DNA of 64,000 nucleotides. It comes from Amoebidium appalachense. Its lineage: Eukaryota; Protista; Ichthyosporea. Every line of letters begins with the position of its first letter. The first letter of the stretch is position 1. The notes beneath the pieces are model-generated. The model saw only the letters and a list, made by a program, of their open reading frames with translations, was not told the DNA's origin and searched no databases. Shown here in pieces: positions 43,410 through 64,000 of the stretch. The stretch covers positions 8,373,355-8,437,354 of the forward strand of contig CAVNZM010000006.1 of the NCBI GenBank assembly GCA_963693365.1, read 5' to 3'. The position numbers were made by a program, and so were the translations under genes.

Positions 43410-46102
43410 GTAGCCCGGGGAGGGAGGGGGGGACTGACTGAGGGGGGCGGAAGCCAAGGCCTCCTTATCACCCTAAGGAGGCCTCTGGGCGGAAGGCGGA
43501 AGCTGGGCGGGGAATCCGGAAACGAGGAAGCCTAAAGGAGGATTCGAGGAAGAAAAGAACAAGGGGCTAATGCAATTACGTGATATTAACCCAATGGGCA
43601 TCAGCAGTAGAGCAAGAATAGTTTAGAACATTTAACATTCCGCGTTTAGTTGAATTTAACGTTTTATGCATTACTTGCAATTGACCGTTGAGCCGTTATA
43701 TGATCGCTCGCTCCCCACTAACGCAACGGTTACATAGGGTAGGCTCGCCAGAGTAACCCCACATGTTTGTGTAGGAGTTGGCCTAAGGTGTAGAATACTT
43801 ATTCCTTATTATTCGAGAAACGTTTCTACTGTGAAGTATATTTATTCAACAGAAACGTTTTTTTTTGCTAAGGTAATTTTCCCGCTAATTATCTGTTCAT
43901 TAACCATATAGCTGGGTAGTGCCAACACAATAGGTACTCTGGTGCACACAGTAAATTCATCGCAACAACCTCCACACCTGCCATTATAAGCCCCCAGTAC
44001 AATAATTCCCGCACCAATATATACGACACGCACAATAGTCAGTTTAAAACAACACGCTGCACGTTCCTTAAAACATAAATGTTCAACACCTTTGCTATAA
44101 GACGTGTTGAACACGCAACAACCAGCACATATCCCTTACAAAATCGCGCGTGGCTTTTCGTTTCCTTTCCTCGCCTGTAGTTCATTCATTCACAGCTATC
44201 ACGCGCCTCATTTTCAACACTGCAGAGCATTAAGACGTTGAGCAAAGACATCACTTGGTTGCTTTGTACGCTTTCGAGGTACGGTGTTCGTCCCTAACAT
44301 GGCGTTTGGTGTGCGGATTTTTCTGTATGATTAGTTTTTGACATCCCTCTCCTCCGCCTCGTTTTTATATTCTTTGTCGTTCAACCCTCCCCCCACTCCC
44401 CTCCTTCCTTCTCCTCGTCCAACCCCCTCCTCCCCCCTTCCCCAACCCCCCTCTCATCCCCTCCCTTTCCCCCCCCCTCTCCCCTCCTTTCCCCCTCCCC
44501 CCTTCTCCTCAACTGTTCAAGCTTCTGATTCAAACTTCTCTCTCACGTGCCCACAAAACGGAGTCAAATGGGATGGCTTGCTGTAAATTTCGGAATAGTT
44601 CTGTTCTGTGCACTTGAAAAGGCTCCAAAAAGGTGCAATGGAAGAAAAAAGTTTTCTCACAGGCGCTTCCTTTCTACGAATATTTTTTGGGTTTAGCAAA
44701 GGGCAGAGGGAGGGACAATGTTGGGGGAAGCACTACTGATGGGGGTGCGTAAGGTATTACGGAAGGAGAGAGAGATATGAGAGGCGAGAAAGAGAGAGAG
44801 AGAGAGAGTGGGGGCGGGGGGCGGGGGGAGGGGGAGGGGGGGGAGGGAGGAGGGGAGAGAGTGTGTGTGTGCGTGTGTGTGTGTGTGCGTGTGTGCGTGT
44901 GTGTATGTGTGTGAGGGTTTTTTTTTTTTTTTTTGGGAGGGCTAGGGAGGGGGTGAATCGGTATTCGTTTGCAAAACTGCTTCTTGTCTTGTAGCTTCTT
45001 TAGCCTACATACACACAAGTGGTCGTAAAGGCGTTTATGGAGACACTTGGCATACTAATTAGTGGCGTTGAGTTTACAAACACAGATGTAACATCCATGC
45101 ACGCCATGATCCGCACATGCACGCTAATACACATTCACACCCATCTACCAGCACCCGCACACGTGTATGTCATGCCGATAGACACAGACTTGGAACCATG
45201 CTCACAAATTGCGCACTCAACCGTACTCACACCAAACGGCAACAAATGCAGGCATGCGCACTTTCACTTATAGGAGTATTGTTTCCCTATACGACATACG
45301 AACTAATGGTGCATAGGATTCTTGGAATGGCAAATGACCAGACAGCCACACTCGAACTCGGTAATTTTCTCTCAAAACAAACATAGTGCACATGCAGATA
45401 CCCGCACGCGTGAGCATACCCACACACACGCGCGCGCGCGCCCCCACGCACATGTGTGCGCCGAATATGCACCTTGACGCGCCTGGGTATACACACATGC
45501 ACCCATACACAGGAGTATCGTGCGCGCATGCGCGCACACACACACACCACGCACACACACACACACACAAACACAAACACAAACACACAACACACACAGA
45601 GATATGCACGCACCCATCCACTCATGCACATCCACAAGCAAGCACGCATATGCACACACTCATGCGCACACAAACGTGCACACACACACACACACACAAC
45701 CACACACTCTTCACAAGGACACAAACATGTACACACGCAATGCACACAGGCACACCACACGCACACACAAAATCGAGGACCATATCTTAATTTAATTTTT
45801 AACTTTGTTTTTGAATGCGGCCTCAAAGATAACGTTGGAATCGCCCTTTCCCAGATTAAATTGTCAACGGCAAAGTGTTTTCTTGGTCCGGCCATGGTTC
45901 TCAGGTGGGTTTCTGAACCAATAGAAAATTGTTTTATATTTTTAATGTTCGTGAAATCATCTGTACTTATTTGATTATTATCGTCTCCAGTTTCCTTATA
46001 CGTCAGTTATATGTTATGGTATTCCTGCCTGTTATCAGTATTAGTTTGGGCAAGGTGCATGTAAAGAGAGTATAAGGATGCATGTATTTTGTGTGTGTGT
46101 GC

Positions 46103-46191
<89 letters not shown>

Positions 46192-46574
46192 TGTATGTGT
46201 GTGGTTGTGTGTGTGTGTATGATCCAGTGGTACGAGTCAATGATGTAAGACCTAAAGCGACCGAATTAAGGAGAAGAAGACCCCTGAGTGTGTTGTGTGT
46301 GTGTGTAGAGAGTGGCGAGGGAGGGGAAAGGGGGGGGGGGGGGGGGAGGGGGGAAGGGGGGGGGGGGGGACAAGAAAACAAAGATAAGGAAAGAAGAATG
46401 GAGGTGGTTTCGGGAGAGGGAGTCGGTCATGTACCAGTCAGTAGATGCATCTTTCTTTTTACTTAGTGACAGGGAAATCATGGGATATTGGTTTTCTTGT
46501 TCTTGATCTTTTTCTTTCTTCCCTTTTTTTTTTCTTTTCTTTTTTCTCTCTCTCTCTCTGTGTGTGTGAGTTTG

Positions 46575-46645
<71 letters not shown>

Positions 46646-46686
46646 TGGTGGTGGTGGTGGTGGTGGTGGTGGTGGCGTGTGTGTGT

Positions 46687-46717
<31 letters not shown>

Positions 46718-47207
46718 CGGCACGAGAGGGTGGGAGGGGCTGGTTAGCAATATATGTCAAGTCATAAATCTGGGAAGATGAAATGTGTAAGGGCGCAGAT
46801 AAACGAAACGGCGATATACATGACATGACAAATATGCGGTTATTACGATCAAGAAAAAGTTATATATTTTAACTATATTTTGTTTTATATTTATACTATA
46901 CTATATAGTCAAGTATTATTTTGTTTTATATCCATATAGCCAAACTTTATTAAACTTGTTTTATTATGATAGGCTATATAGCTAAATTTACATTCTATTT
47001 TATACCTATAAGACACATATTTTACCATAACACATTTTGAAAAGTATAATACAAGTATATCGCCGACCTGCCAAACCTGGCAAGATCGCGAAAAAGATTT
47101 TTTTTTTTTTTCTTTTTTCTTTTCTTCTTCTTTTTTTTTCTTTTTTTTTTTTTTTTTTGTCTATGTAACCAAATTTTATTTACCTTATTCCATTGGTTAA
47201 ATTACAG

Positions 47208-53861
<6,654 letters not shown>

Positions 53862-54218
53862 CGTCATCCAATTTTTATGAATCCACTTCCTGCATGAACC
53901 AAAACCAAAAACGGGACATGAGGAAGCAGCCCTCCTCTACCCCTCACGCCGGCAAAAAACAGCCTAGGGACGAGAGGAAGTTGACGGCTATATTTACAGC
54001 AACTATCGTGAAAGAGATGGTTCTTTTTTCGTATGGTTTCATTATTTTGCTCCTTTCATATTGCATTTCTTTCCGTCATCCCGTTCCCCCCAAAAAAAAC
54101 TATTGATGATAGCTGCCTGCATTTTATTGGTTGCAGTCGAGGGTGTCACCTGCCGAACTTAGGCAGCCCTTTTTCTCGACCTGCAACCACACACAGTCAC
54201 ACATGCGCCAGCTGGCAG

Positions 54219-54301
<83 letters not shown>

Positions 54302-54796
54302 ATGTGTAGACCCACCCTGAGGATATAAACACATGCTGTTATTTGAATATGAACATGTACATAAAGCGAATAGACGAGATCTCTCCCCTCCTCCTCTATA
54401 TTAATGGTTATCATGGAAAAAGCTGGTTTTCTCAAACCGCCTTTCCCATAATCTTGATAGTGTACTCCCAAAAGGTCCTGAATATAAATGGTTATGTTCA
54501 TATCTAGAACTTCAAAAAATGGTAGAATCAATCCAATAGCAACTCCTTAAGGGCTTTGAGAGCTCTATGTATTGTGCCAACCATGAAAGGAGTATGCAAA
54601 AAAAAAAAAAAAAAAAAAAAAAGTACACGGGTGCATATATATGTCCTTATGTCCTTATGGCTTGAAGTGTCAGTTGTGCATGAATCATTGTGTGCTCCCG
54701 TTCGATTCAAATCCCTCAACCATTTTTACCGGGAAATGACCTGTGGGCTGATGGGTCCCCCCCCCCCAAAAAAGAAAATGAACTGTGGGCTCATTG

Positions 54797-54847
<51 letters not shown>

Positions 54848-55283
54848 AAAAAAAAAAAAAAACCTATGAGCTGGGTTAATTTATATCCAAAAACAGGGAA
54901 TGTAGTAGCATTTATGCTCTCATTACCCTTACAAGAATAGTTGCCGGCTGTGCTCTAGTGACAAGGAGCCGCTGCGGTATGTGTGTGTAAGCACTGTGAC
55001 ATATGGATGCGAAAGTGCTGCATGCGCACTCACGCGTGGCTGAGACTCGAGCTCAGTGCATATGCACGGTCTCATGATGGCCTCGCGCGCGTGTGCCTGT
55101 GGGTGGGTGGGTGGGTGGGTGTTTGTGCGTGCGCGTGCGCGTTCGCGCGTGCGTGCGTGTGCTCGTGCGCGCGTGTGCGCACGTGTGTGTGTTTGCAGTG
55201 TGTGCATGCCGGTGTTTGTGTGTGTGTGTGTGTGTCTGTGTGTGTGTGCGTGTGTGTGCGTGTGCGTGTGTGTTTGTATGTGT

Positions 55284-55332
<49 letters not shown>

Positions 55333-56028
55333 CGTGCGTGCGTTCATGTTTGTGTGACCCTGTGTGTACGTGCATGTGCTTGTATGCGTTGTGAACTCGA
55401 GTGCACGTGCCGGTACGGAAAAATACGATCGCGATGAATTCGAATTCAGTTGAAGCCAACGGAATGGAGCAAGTCGTACGCGTACCCTGAAACAAACGTT
55501 GACGGCTGAAGCTTGAAACGATTTAATTTATCATTTGAATACTCGTTGGCCATAGCTTGGTAACATGCCACCATTAGGTTTACTAATAGACCGCATGTCA
55601 CAACTAAGTTCTACATGATTTAAAATCACATTTTGCTACTTACAGCAGGAAGGAAAAGAATTCTTATGTACTGTAACGAATATATTCAATAAATGTGGCC
55701 GATTCAATTTGTATGATCTATAGCCAATAGATATGAATCTGGTAGTAGCCCTGGGAAAAGTCTGTACTTATATAGTTAGGTTGTGAAGAATGGTTTAGCT
55801 TAGCTGAACTCATAGATAGCACCTTAACTAGTGTACTGTCGGTGCTGCGTGATAGACGGGATTTTCCCTAGAGGGCCTTTTCGGCCCTCCGGGAACAAAA
55901 CGTCATAAAATAAAATAAAAATAGATCATACACATTACGTGGGCTCCGAAATGTCAACCCATTTTATAGCAAACAACTACACCCCTACCCGACCCACCCT
56001 ACATGTGTGTGTGTGTGTGTATGTACAT

Positions 56029-56060
<32 letters not shown>

Positions 56061-56104
56061 CCGTCCGTCCGTGCGTGCGTGCGTGTGTGTGTGTGTGTGC
56101 GTGT

Positions 56105-56178
<74 letters not shown>

Positions 56179-56189
56179 CTGTGTGTCTA

Positions 56190-57511
56190 TTACTCCTTGT
56201 CCGACCTAGTAATTACAAATCCATCAGTAAACACCTGAGGATCGTACGACCCAAAGAAAGTCCACGAGAGCGCCGTTTCGTTTGCGCTCAAAATTCCGAA
56301 CCCCCCCACCTCCTTGGGGTTTTTACACAGATCCTTTCTCCCGCTGTTAAGATACACACAGTTGCTGGTCACCATACGCGATGCCGACCAATCAGGAAGC
56401 GGCGTTACAAATAAAAGATTTGTCTGTTCCACCGCCGTACCCCCGGCCCCATTCGTGACGTAGATGGGATATTTGGGGTTGTTAAAGACCGACGCGTTGC
56501 TGACGCAGTAGGCGCCGGAGGAAATTAGCCCATCGTCGTCATTGGCCGCCGAAGCGTTGCCATTTAAATTGAAGGCACACAATTGGTCGACGGTTTTATC
56601 GGGCTGCACCGATTGGTTCTTGTAGACGGGCAGCGTGCGTTCGTAGTTGTGCACGTGCGCGCCGAAGTACACGTCCACACCGTTCTCCATAAATAGATCT
56701 TCGATGGTTTTGTTGTTTGGTCCGTACGGCGCGTTCTTTAACATTTCTGCCTCGGGACCGCACGGACTTAGTAGAACGTTCTGGCAATCTGCCGTCTGAA
56801 CGAGTTGCGAGCCAAACCCGCACTGCGCTGAATTGCAATACATCGGCCGGTGGGCGTACACCACGATCCACTCTCCTGGTTTTCTATTTGTGGAGATGTT
56901 TTGCAGTGCTCCGCTCAGCCAAACAAATTCGGCGTTGCTGAGCGGCGTTACACCCGCGGTCGGTACCTCCCACGACTTGAGAGTTGCTTCCTTCTGTTCG
57001 AAATTCAGGGAAATGAAATGGATATTACCGTTTTTCTTGACGTAAAAACTCTTGCCGAGGCGCTCCTCCGGCGCGGTGGATTGGGGAAGAATAAACCGAT
57101 CGAGATATGCGCTGAAATTCTGAACATTTTCGTGGTTTCCAGGCGTGACTATCATGGGAAGAGACGTAGATACCCGCGCATCCTGAATCAGCCTGAAAAA
57201 GCTGTCGTACACGCTGGCGAACCCGTTTGAATACGAAAAATCGCCGAGCGAAAGCAACCCATCCAAATTACCCCGAAGGTTGGAGAGTGATTGATATGTG
57301 TAGCGGCCCCCAAACGTACCCGTATCTCCAATAACGGCATACCGGAAATTCTGGCTTGCAGGGTCTCGAATTGTTATGCGGTATGTGTTGATGGGCACCT
57401 TGGCGACCATTTTGTCTTTGCCGCTAGGAACTGCAACTTGGTATCTGTAGTTTGTGTGTGTGTGTGTGTGTGTATGGGGGGGGTTGGGGGGGGGGGGGGG
57501 GGGGGGAGGAA

Positions 57512-57545
<34 letters not shown>

Positions 57546-57662
57546 GGGGGGGGAGGGGGGGGGGTTAACGGGAAGAGGGGGGGGGGGAGGGGAAGGGGGG
57601 GAGGGGAGGGGGGTGAGGGTGTGTGTGTGTGTGTGTGCATGTGTGTGTCCCTGTGTGTGTGC

Positions 57663-57697
<35 letters not shown>

Positions 57698-57851
57698 TGT
57701 ATGTGTGTGTGTTCTGTGTCGGGGGAAGGGAAGGATCTTGTCACTCCAAATTCTATTCATCACATGCAGGCACGATGGCAATACACACCCACACACCTGC
57801 ACATATACGTGTCATATATACAAGCATGCACATCCTGGCACTCCATGACAC

Positions 57852-57924
<73 letters not shown>

Positions 57925-59357
57925 AAGCACATGTCGCGCACACACACAAGGCTAGGTAGGTGCACAGGTACACGGCCCACAGATACATGCACATACACAC
58001 ACCCGAGCGCACGAACGGGAGACAGACGAATACACACAGACCACGTAGCACGTAGAGGCACAGACGGATCATAAACAAAGGAAAGAGTGATAGAGAGAGA
58101 CATTGGGAAACGGAAAACCAGGTATTTTTGTCAAAAAATATTACGAAGGATATGTGATCTTATTATTTTAGGGGGTTAGGGAAGGGTGTTGTGAGAAAAG
58201 CGGGAGAGAGCTTTGAAGGGAGGAAGGAATGTAGAGTTGCAGAAACATTTGAAGCGGAGGGGGCCGGAAAGAGAGACGGGTCTGAGGAGGGAGTTAGAAA
58301 AGTTGTGAGGAATGGGGAAATGGAGCAATTTGAATTGAGAAAGATTATGCCGATTGCAGAAACAAGACAGCTACGTTCATGTACAAAGCTTATGTAACCG
58401 GAAGACTGAGGTGCGACACGGGGCGGGGCAAAGGGGGGGGAGGGGGGGGGGGGGATTTGGGGAGGGGGGGTGGGAGGGGAGAAGAAGGGGGGGGGGGGGG
58501 GTGGGTGGGTGGGGGGGGGGGGGGGGGGGGGGGGGGGAAGGGGGGAATGCATCAGCAAAGCGGAAAGAACTAGCAAACACATAGGGAAATTACAAGGAGA
58601 GAAGGGTCCAAAAATTGCAATTTAGAAAACGGGAAAAATAAAAAAGAACAGTTCATGTTTTCAGAGTGGTCATACCTGATAGATACATATGGGATGTCTT
58701 TCAAGCCCACGTAGTATAATATCCGTTATCATGGGTGAACGGTTAGGGAGAAGAGGAGGAGAGGTGGGATTGGGGTTGAGGCCGGTGGGGGTGGATGGTT
58801 TCTTCATTGAGGGGAAGGTTTTAAGTGAACGTGATTAGGGAAAGTGCAAACGAAAAAAAGATACTGGAAAAGAAATAAAGAAAGAAACAAAAAACAGCCT
58901 AAAACAGAGGGGAGCAGCAGTATATGCTTTACATGTCGTACCTGATAGAAACATTATAGGGGATGTCTGTCAACTCCACGCGGTAAAAGTATCCGTTGTA
59001 CGCGTCCTTGCCCCCGCACAGATCGCACGGCGTATCCAATCGGAGTGGCTGGTTTGCATAGTGTGGGGACGGTTTGTAAATCTTTCCGGTTGCCACGTTT
59101 TCACTTGTGGTGTTTACCCCCCATCCGACGTTGGCCAATGATTCGTCGTTTACACGCATGACCCACGTGACCCAGAGGGAATTTGGTTGGCTCCCGGGAA
59201 AAACGGCAACCTGCATGTGTGGTGGTGGGATTAGTAAACGAAAGCAACTTGTGGCGTAGATACAAATTGTGGCGTAGATACCGAATAGTGGGGTAGATAC
59301 CGCATCAATCCCTGAGTAAGGGCAAGGGTAAACTAAACTATCTTGTACACCTTAATG

Positions 59358-59392
<35 letters not shown>

Positions 59393-59429
59393 ATGTACAC
59401 ATAAATATACAGGAGGCGCATGTAAACAT

Positions 59430-59516
<87 letters not shown>

Positions 59517-60489
59517 AAAGGACACACAAACAAAAGTCAAGAGAGAAGGCTGCATTCAAAAAGAGGAAGCCAACTGTGGCATACGCATATCAGTGAGTCA
59601 GAGCGTGTGTGTTGACCACAAACTGTGTGGGTGGAATATGTGTGTATACCGTTGAATTGTTGTTTGAGAAGTTTTAGAGAAGATGAAATACATGGCTCAG
59701 CCCTCACAGAGAAACAGGGAAAGAAAAAGCACGAGGGTTTAACGTACACGCATACTAATGTACTCAAACAATGTTCCACCAGTGTAAAGCGCACAATTTC
59801 GATTATCATACATCTATAGACATACGCATGAGCGTGACTCTTTATGCTATTAGCTTAATGGAGGGGGACTGTATATTTTTTGTGGAGATCGAAGTTAATT
59901 TTTAATGTGGTATTACCTGCTCAGGGGCGTCACTCAGACAGCAGTCACACGGCTGCATCTGCTTCTTCTCATTCCACTCACCAACCTTGTCCGTCCTCCC
60001 CATCTTCTCCTCGCACGCTTCAAACATATCTACCGCATGCGAAACCAAATCTGTGGCTCTAAATACTTGTGCCAACGCCGTGTTTTCATAGTCTTGCCCC
60101 AGTTTCTTCAACTCCTTAACGATATGCTGCTCTTTCTCTTCGAACCGTTTGCACATCTCGTCCTCCGGGTAGCACTCTGGACATATGACACACGCCGCGA
60201 TCTCCGACGCGTTAATGTTTGCCTTTGAGAGAGCGAGGAATGCAAAGGCCAAATCCTTGCTGGGGATTTGGAAATCGTGGCTAATGGCTGTGGAGTTGAG
60301 ACAGTCACACAGACCTGCTAAGGTAGCGTTGGTTTGGGATTCCTCTTTGGGTGGGGCTACAAGCAACTCTGACGAGCGCATCACGTGGACGGATGACCTG
60401 GTGACAGACACCGATGTTGACAGGGAAGCAAGAATGCCCAAGACGAGCAATTGGAGAAGCTTCCTTGCAGATGCAAGTTGTAATGCCAT
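56190..60489 (-). CDS. Secreted purple acid phosphatase (ACP7/PAP-like metallophosphoesterase), 3 exons, about 700 aa
   Basis: Exons 60489-59917, 59210-58942 and 57444-56190 are phase-consistent. Signal peptide; PEQV...VTW FN3-like N-domain; metal motifs [29 protein letters not shown]; C-terminal YVTNGAGG and GFGIL. Confidence 0.93.
58671..58730 (-). repeat. Diverged intronic duplicate of the 3' end and donor site of PAP exon 2
   Basis: Reads [16 protein letters not shown]|GTATGA versus the true exon [19 protein letters not shown]|GTACGA (58938-58998), with a 1-nt frame slip. Confidence 0.7.
59250..59302. repeat. Short tandem repeat, 3 x ~19 bp (TGTGGCGTAGATAC core)
   Basis: Seen directly, just upstream (sense) of the PAP exon 2 acceptor. 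Confidence 0.75.
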
Positions 60490-61693
60490 GTTTGATATGT
60501 GGAGATCGCTCCAACTAGGCTATAATACAACTATAATACAACTATAATTTATAACTATAATATTAGTATAGCTGTAATTGTAATTAGATATTTACCGAAC
60601 AGTGCAGTGCAGGAGGTTTGCCTGAAGTATGTAGTGCAATTGCTTACCTCAGTGCTAGCATTTGCTAGATCTAGAGTGTTAATTGGAGTAGGCTGTCGTC
60701 ACTGTGTTGCGTAAAGACAAGTATTGGTATCCTGGCTTAGTGAGTTCTCATAAAATGTGTTCCGAAATTCTTCTAGGCGGCGTGCACCAATACACTAATT
60801 AGAGCGTGGTGGGCTTACCATTCACGATTCGTACGTACTGAGCACAAACGCCCTGTTTATACTTTCGGGCTGAGGTGGGGCTTCCAACCGTTTGTTTATA
60901 GAACCATATATGGATGTCGCTTGTTCATTGGCTATCAAGCTTCATGAAATGGCCATTCTAGGGATAAAACCGCATTCCAGGGGCATGACCATCAGAACAA
61001 CACTGGAAAATGTAAATTATTTTAGGTTTTTTTAAGCTTTGCTTATTTAGCTTGCGCCTATATACATGTAACATTAAAATAGGAATAAATCAAGAGAGAA
61101 AAAAAATAAACAACGCGTCGAAAAACGAACTGTATACTTAGAATGCTTAGCAAAAGAAGCAGGTGTATCCTAAAAATATCCGATGATCTTATACAAGGAT
61201 AAACACTGCATTCCAGGCTCACATCCGCATGCCATGTGAATCCAAAGACAAGCGTTTTGGTTATTTTTTTATCACTTTGGAAAACACAAAAATAAGCAGG
61301 AAAAATAGCAGAGAGCAATAAGTTATATTGTTATAAGGACTGCTGTACATTCCCCGTCGCATACAGATCAGTGCCGTCCACCAATAAGAATCGCCCTTAA
61401 TGTCGGTTGCATTAGGAGGTGTACACGCTTCTGATTGGCGTCGCAGCGCGGCGCGCGCAGTCAAGGGGGCCCCGGGCCCCCTCTGCGCCCCAGCCTGGGC
61501 CAGTCATCTGAACAAGATTAGCGGCCGTCTAAAGAAGCCGAGCGACCACCCATCCATTGAGCTACAGGCCCACTGCATGGCTACCAAACCAAGTTGGGTA
61601 ATTCTCCAATGGCGGGGAACATATGATATACACGAACAGTACATACGGCTCCTAAGGAGTCACGAGGCTTCCCCATGCATGCACACGCTCTCT

Positions 61694-61816
<123 letters not shown>

Positions 61817-61819
61817 CCC

Positions 61820-61851
<32 letters not shown>

Positions 61852-62050
61852 TTCTCTCTCTGTGCTCTCTCCCAGTCTTCTCTAGATCTCTCTCCGAGCT
61901 CCCTTCCTTCCCCGGCCCAGGGACTAGTCCCCCCGAGCCCCCCCGAGAGTCTCCCTCCCTTGCCCCCCCCCCCCCCCCCCCTCCAACACCTCTCCCCCCC
62001 CCCCCCTCCCTCTCTCCCCCCCCCCCCCCCCCCCTCTCTCTCTCTCTCTT

Positions 62051-62118
<68 letters not shown>

Positions 62119-62451
62119 CCTCCTCCCCCCAACCCCCCTCCTCCCTGTCTCCCCCCCCCAAATCTTTCTTTCAGGCCCCTGCCATGATGTCAGCCTAGCC
62201 CCCGTACCTCCCTCTTTCTCATTCCATGCACAGCTTCGGGCCCCGGCCCCCTTGTGTCTTCTTATCATATAGTATACATTCCGTCGGCCTATACTTGGAA
62301 AATTCGAGACTTCTCTATGAGCAATGTTTGCCCCACTTCCTCCCAGGCTCCACTTCCCTCGTGCACGTTGTTCATTTTCAACCAAACTCGCTAATTTTTG
62401 GATGTGATATAGAAAGGGGGGGGGGGGGGGGGGGGGGGGGAGAGGGGGGGG

Positions 62452-62486
<35 letters not shown>

Positions 62487-63375
62487 AGTGATGAGCCGCC
62501 GGCAAGATCGAGCCACTTATATGGCTCGTTCGACAAGTTGCGCGCGATACTTATACAATTAGTGGTAAAAACACGAAACCCAGGAAAAAAACTGCACACC
62601 AACGTTCATGACAACCTAGAGGTCACGTGGACACCAAGAACACGTAAGTTTGTTTCTGATAACTGCTGCATACTGCGCTGCGAACTTGGCGCTGCAAGCG
62701 AAAAACTGGATTTTCTGGACGAAATTTTGGCTACATGCCAAATATTGATCCGACCTGAATCGATAAATGCTCCAACCAGAGTACTGTATGACGTCATCAT
62801 ATAAAAACGCCTGGCGCAGGGTCAGTTTTGCACGTGTTACTCTCTTTTTCTCACCATTTTACCCTAACGTGACAGGGAACAAGCACATCACAAAAAAACC
62901 GTAGAAAAATTCTTGGCGGGGTAGTGGCTTAGTAAGTAATGGTAGGCATTCAACGATTTTGAGCTTCAATTTACGGAGAACTTTGTAGTGTTTGCGCACC
63001 CCATGACTACAATAATTTCTCGGAATGCTTGTTGGTATGGCTTATTTTGCACTTTACGGGTTCTGGCACCGGGAGGCCATAGGCCTGAGCCAAGAAAAAC
63101 GTCAAACTTGTTACAAATGCGTGCCAAAGATGCATACTTTAAACGTTCACGTTGTTGCTTTTGCACCACAGGTGCATTTTTCGTTTGAGAAACATTGACA
63201 TCAGCTTTCAAATTCGTTTTTTTCGGTACACACACTTCAAATAACCCTTTTAGCATCTAGTTACCACAAACAGTTTCGAAGAAACGAATAAAAACCAAAC
63301 AAATCACCCCTAATCCGAAAACGACAAATGAGTGTTGCGCAATGTACAGAAACTGACCAGTGGGCAGAAGGTACT

Positions 63376-64000
63376 TTAACGTGTAGTGTTTCTGCGTGAT
63401 CGTACCGGGCCTGTGTTTGTGTTGACTTGGGTGCGTGTGCGTGGAGGAACACCATGTGTGATGTGGTTTTCGAAGCATGCACGTGTTTGATCATTGCAGA
63501 GAAACACATTACACTTGATGCAGTAGGTATGTGTCTGGTGGCGTTCCCCTTTGTTCCTAAAGCAGAGAACGCATCTACCTTTTCTTTCTTTTCTGGCACG
63601 CTGGTGTCCGTGTAGAGCATGGGGGGCAGGAGCAGCAGGGGGAAGGGGGTATTCTAGTGCAGGCAGGTGGGGGTTGCATATGAGTGCTTCTGCTAGCTCA
63701 CGCCTTGTGTCCATGCTCGTGTTTGTGGATTTGCCAAAGTATCTGTATGCAAAGTGTACGTTTGCTACTACAAACCCCAGAAGCCCCCCAAAGGTGCGGA
63801 GTTGGTGACGTTTAGTGCCCAAGGCTTCGTCCACAGAGCCGTTTAACATTCGTGTTTTGTTGAATATATCGGCCATGTTGTAGTTTTCGAAGTATTCTTC
63901 GACTGCTTTCGGTTGGGGGACGTCATTTCCGTTTCGTGATTTTCTCGGTTGACCCGGCTGAGTACTTGAACATGAGGTGATCACTTTCATACTGTAGTTC
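63376..64000 (-). mobile_element. piggyBac-like transposase, C-terminal part (continues beyond window)
   Basis: PKAVEEYFENYNMADIFNK (P..V..Y....xxD..(D/N) motif), VANVHFAY, RRELAEALI, and a Cys-rich C-terminal domain RCVLC...TYCIKCNVFLC.....CFENH. Confidence 0.85.

Noticed and set aside
62855-63260. piggyBac terminal repeat candidates (TTTACCCT at ~62858, ATAACCCTT at ~63241)
   Set aside because: Neither has an intact TTAA and the partner end is outside the window.

Overview
Eukaryotic genomic DNA with spliceosomal introns packed with poly(C)/poly(G) runs and (CA)n/(GT)n/(GA)n microsatellites. Most ORFs in the supplied track are simple-repeat artefacts. The gene content (syntenin-like PDZ protein, FAM72, SLC7/CAT transporter) is compatible with a unicellular holozoan or other opisthokont; this is inference only. 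Seven host genes were reconstructed by hand: an intronless syntenin-like tandem-PDZ gene, a FUSC/ALMT-like membrane protein, a head-to-head pair of 6-exon secreted CAP/SCP paralogues, a 7-exon cationic amino acid transporter, a FAM72-like gene and a 3-exon purple acid phosphatase. Mobile DNA comprises PIF/Harbinger ends with a transposase fragment, a nested and internally deleted Kolobok-like element, a tRNA-derived SINE head, a decayed THAP+DDE ISL2EU/Harbinger transposase, a TTAA-flanked MITE, a piggyBac transposase 3' end, and an unclassified repeat family that always abuts poly(C/G) tracts. The most unusual signals concern intron architecture: acceptors with (CA)n or poly(A) in place of a polypyrimidine tract, C-runs directly after many donors, and repeated tandem duplication of splice-site-plus-exon-edge segments in four genes. 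No database search or alignment was run; all family calls rest on recognised motifs.
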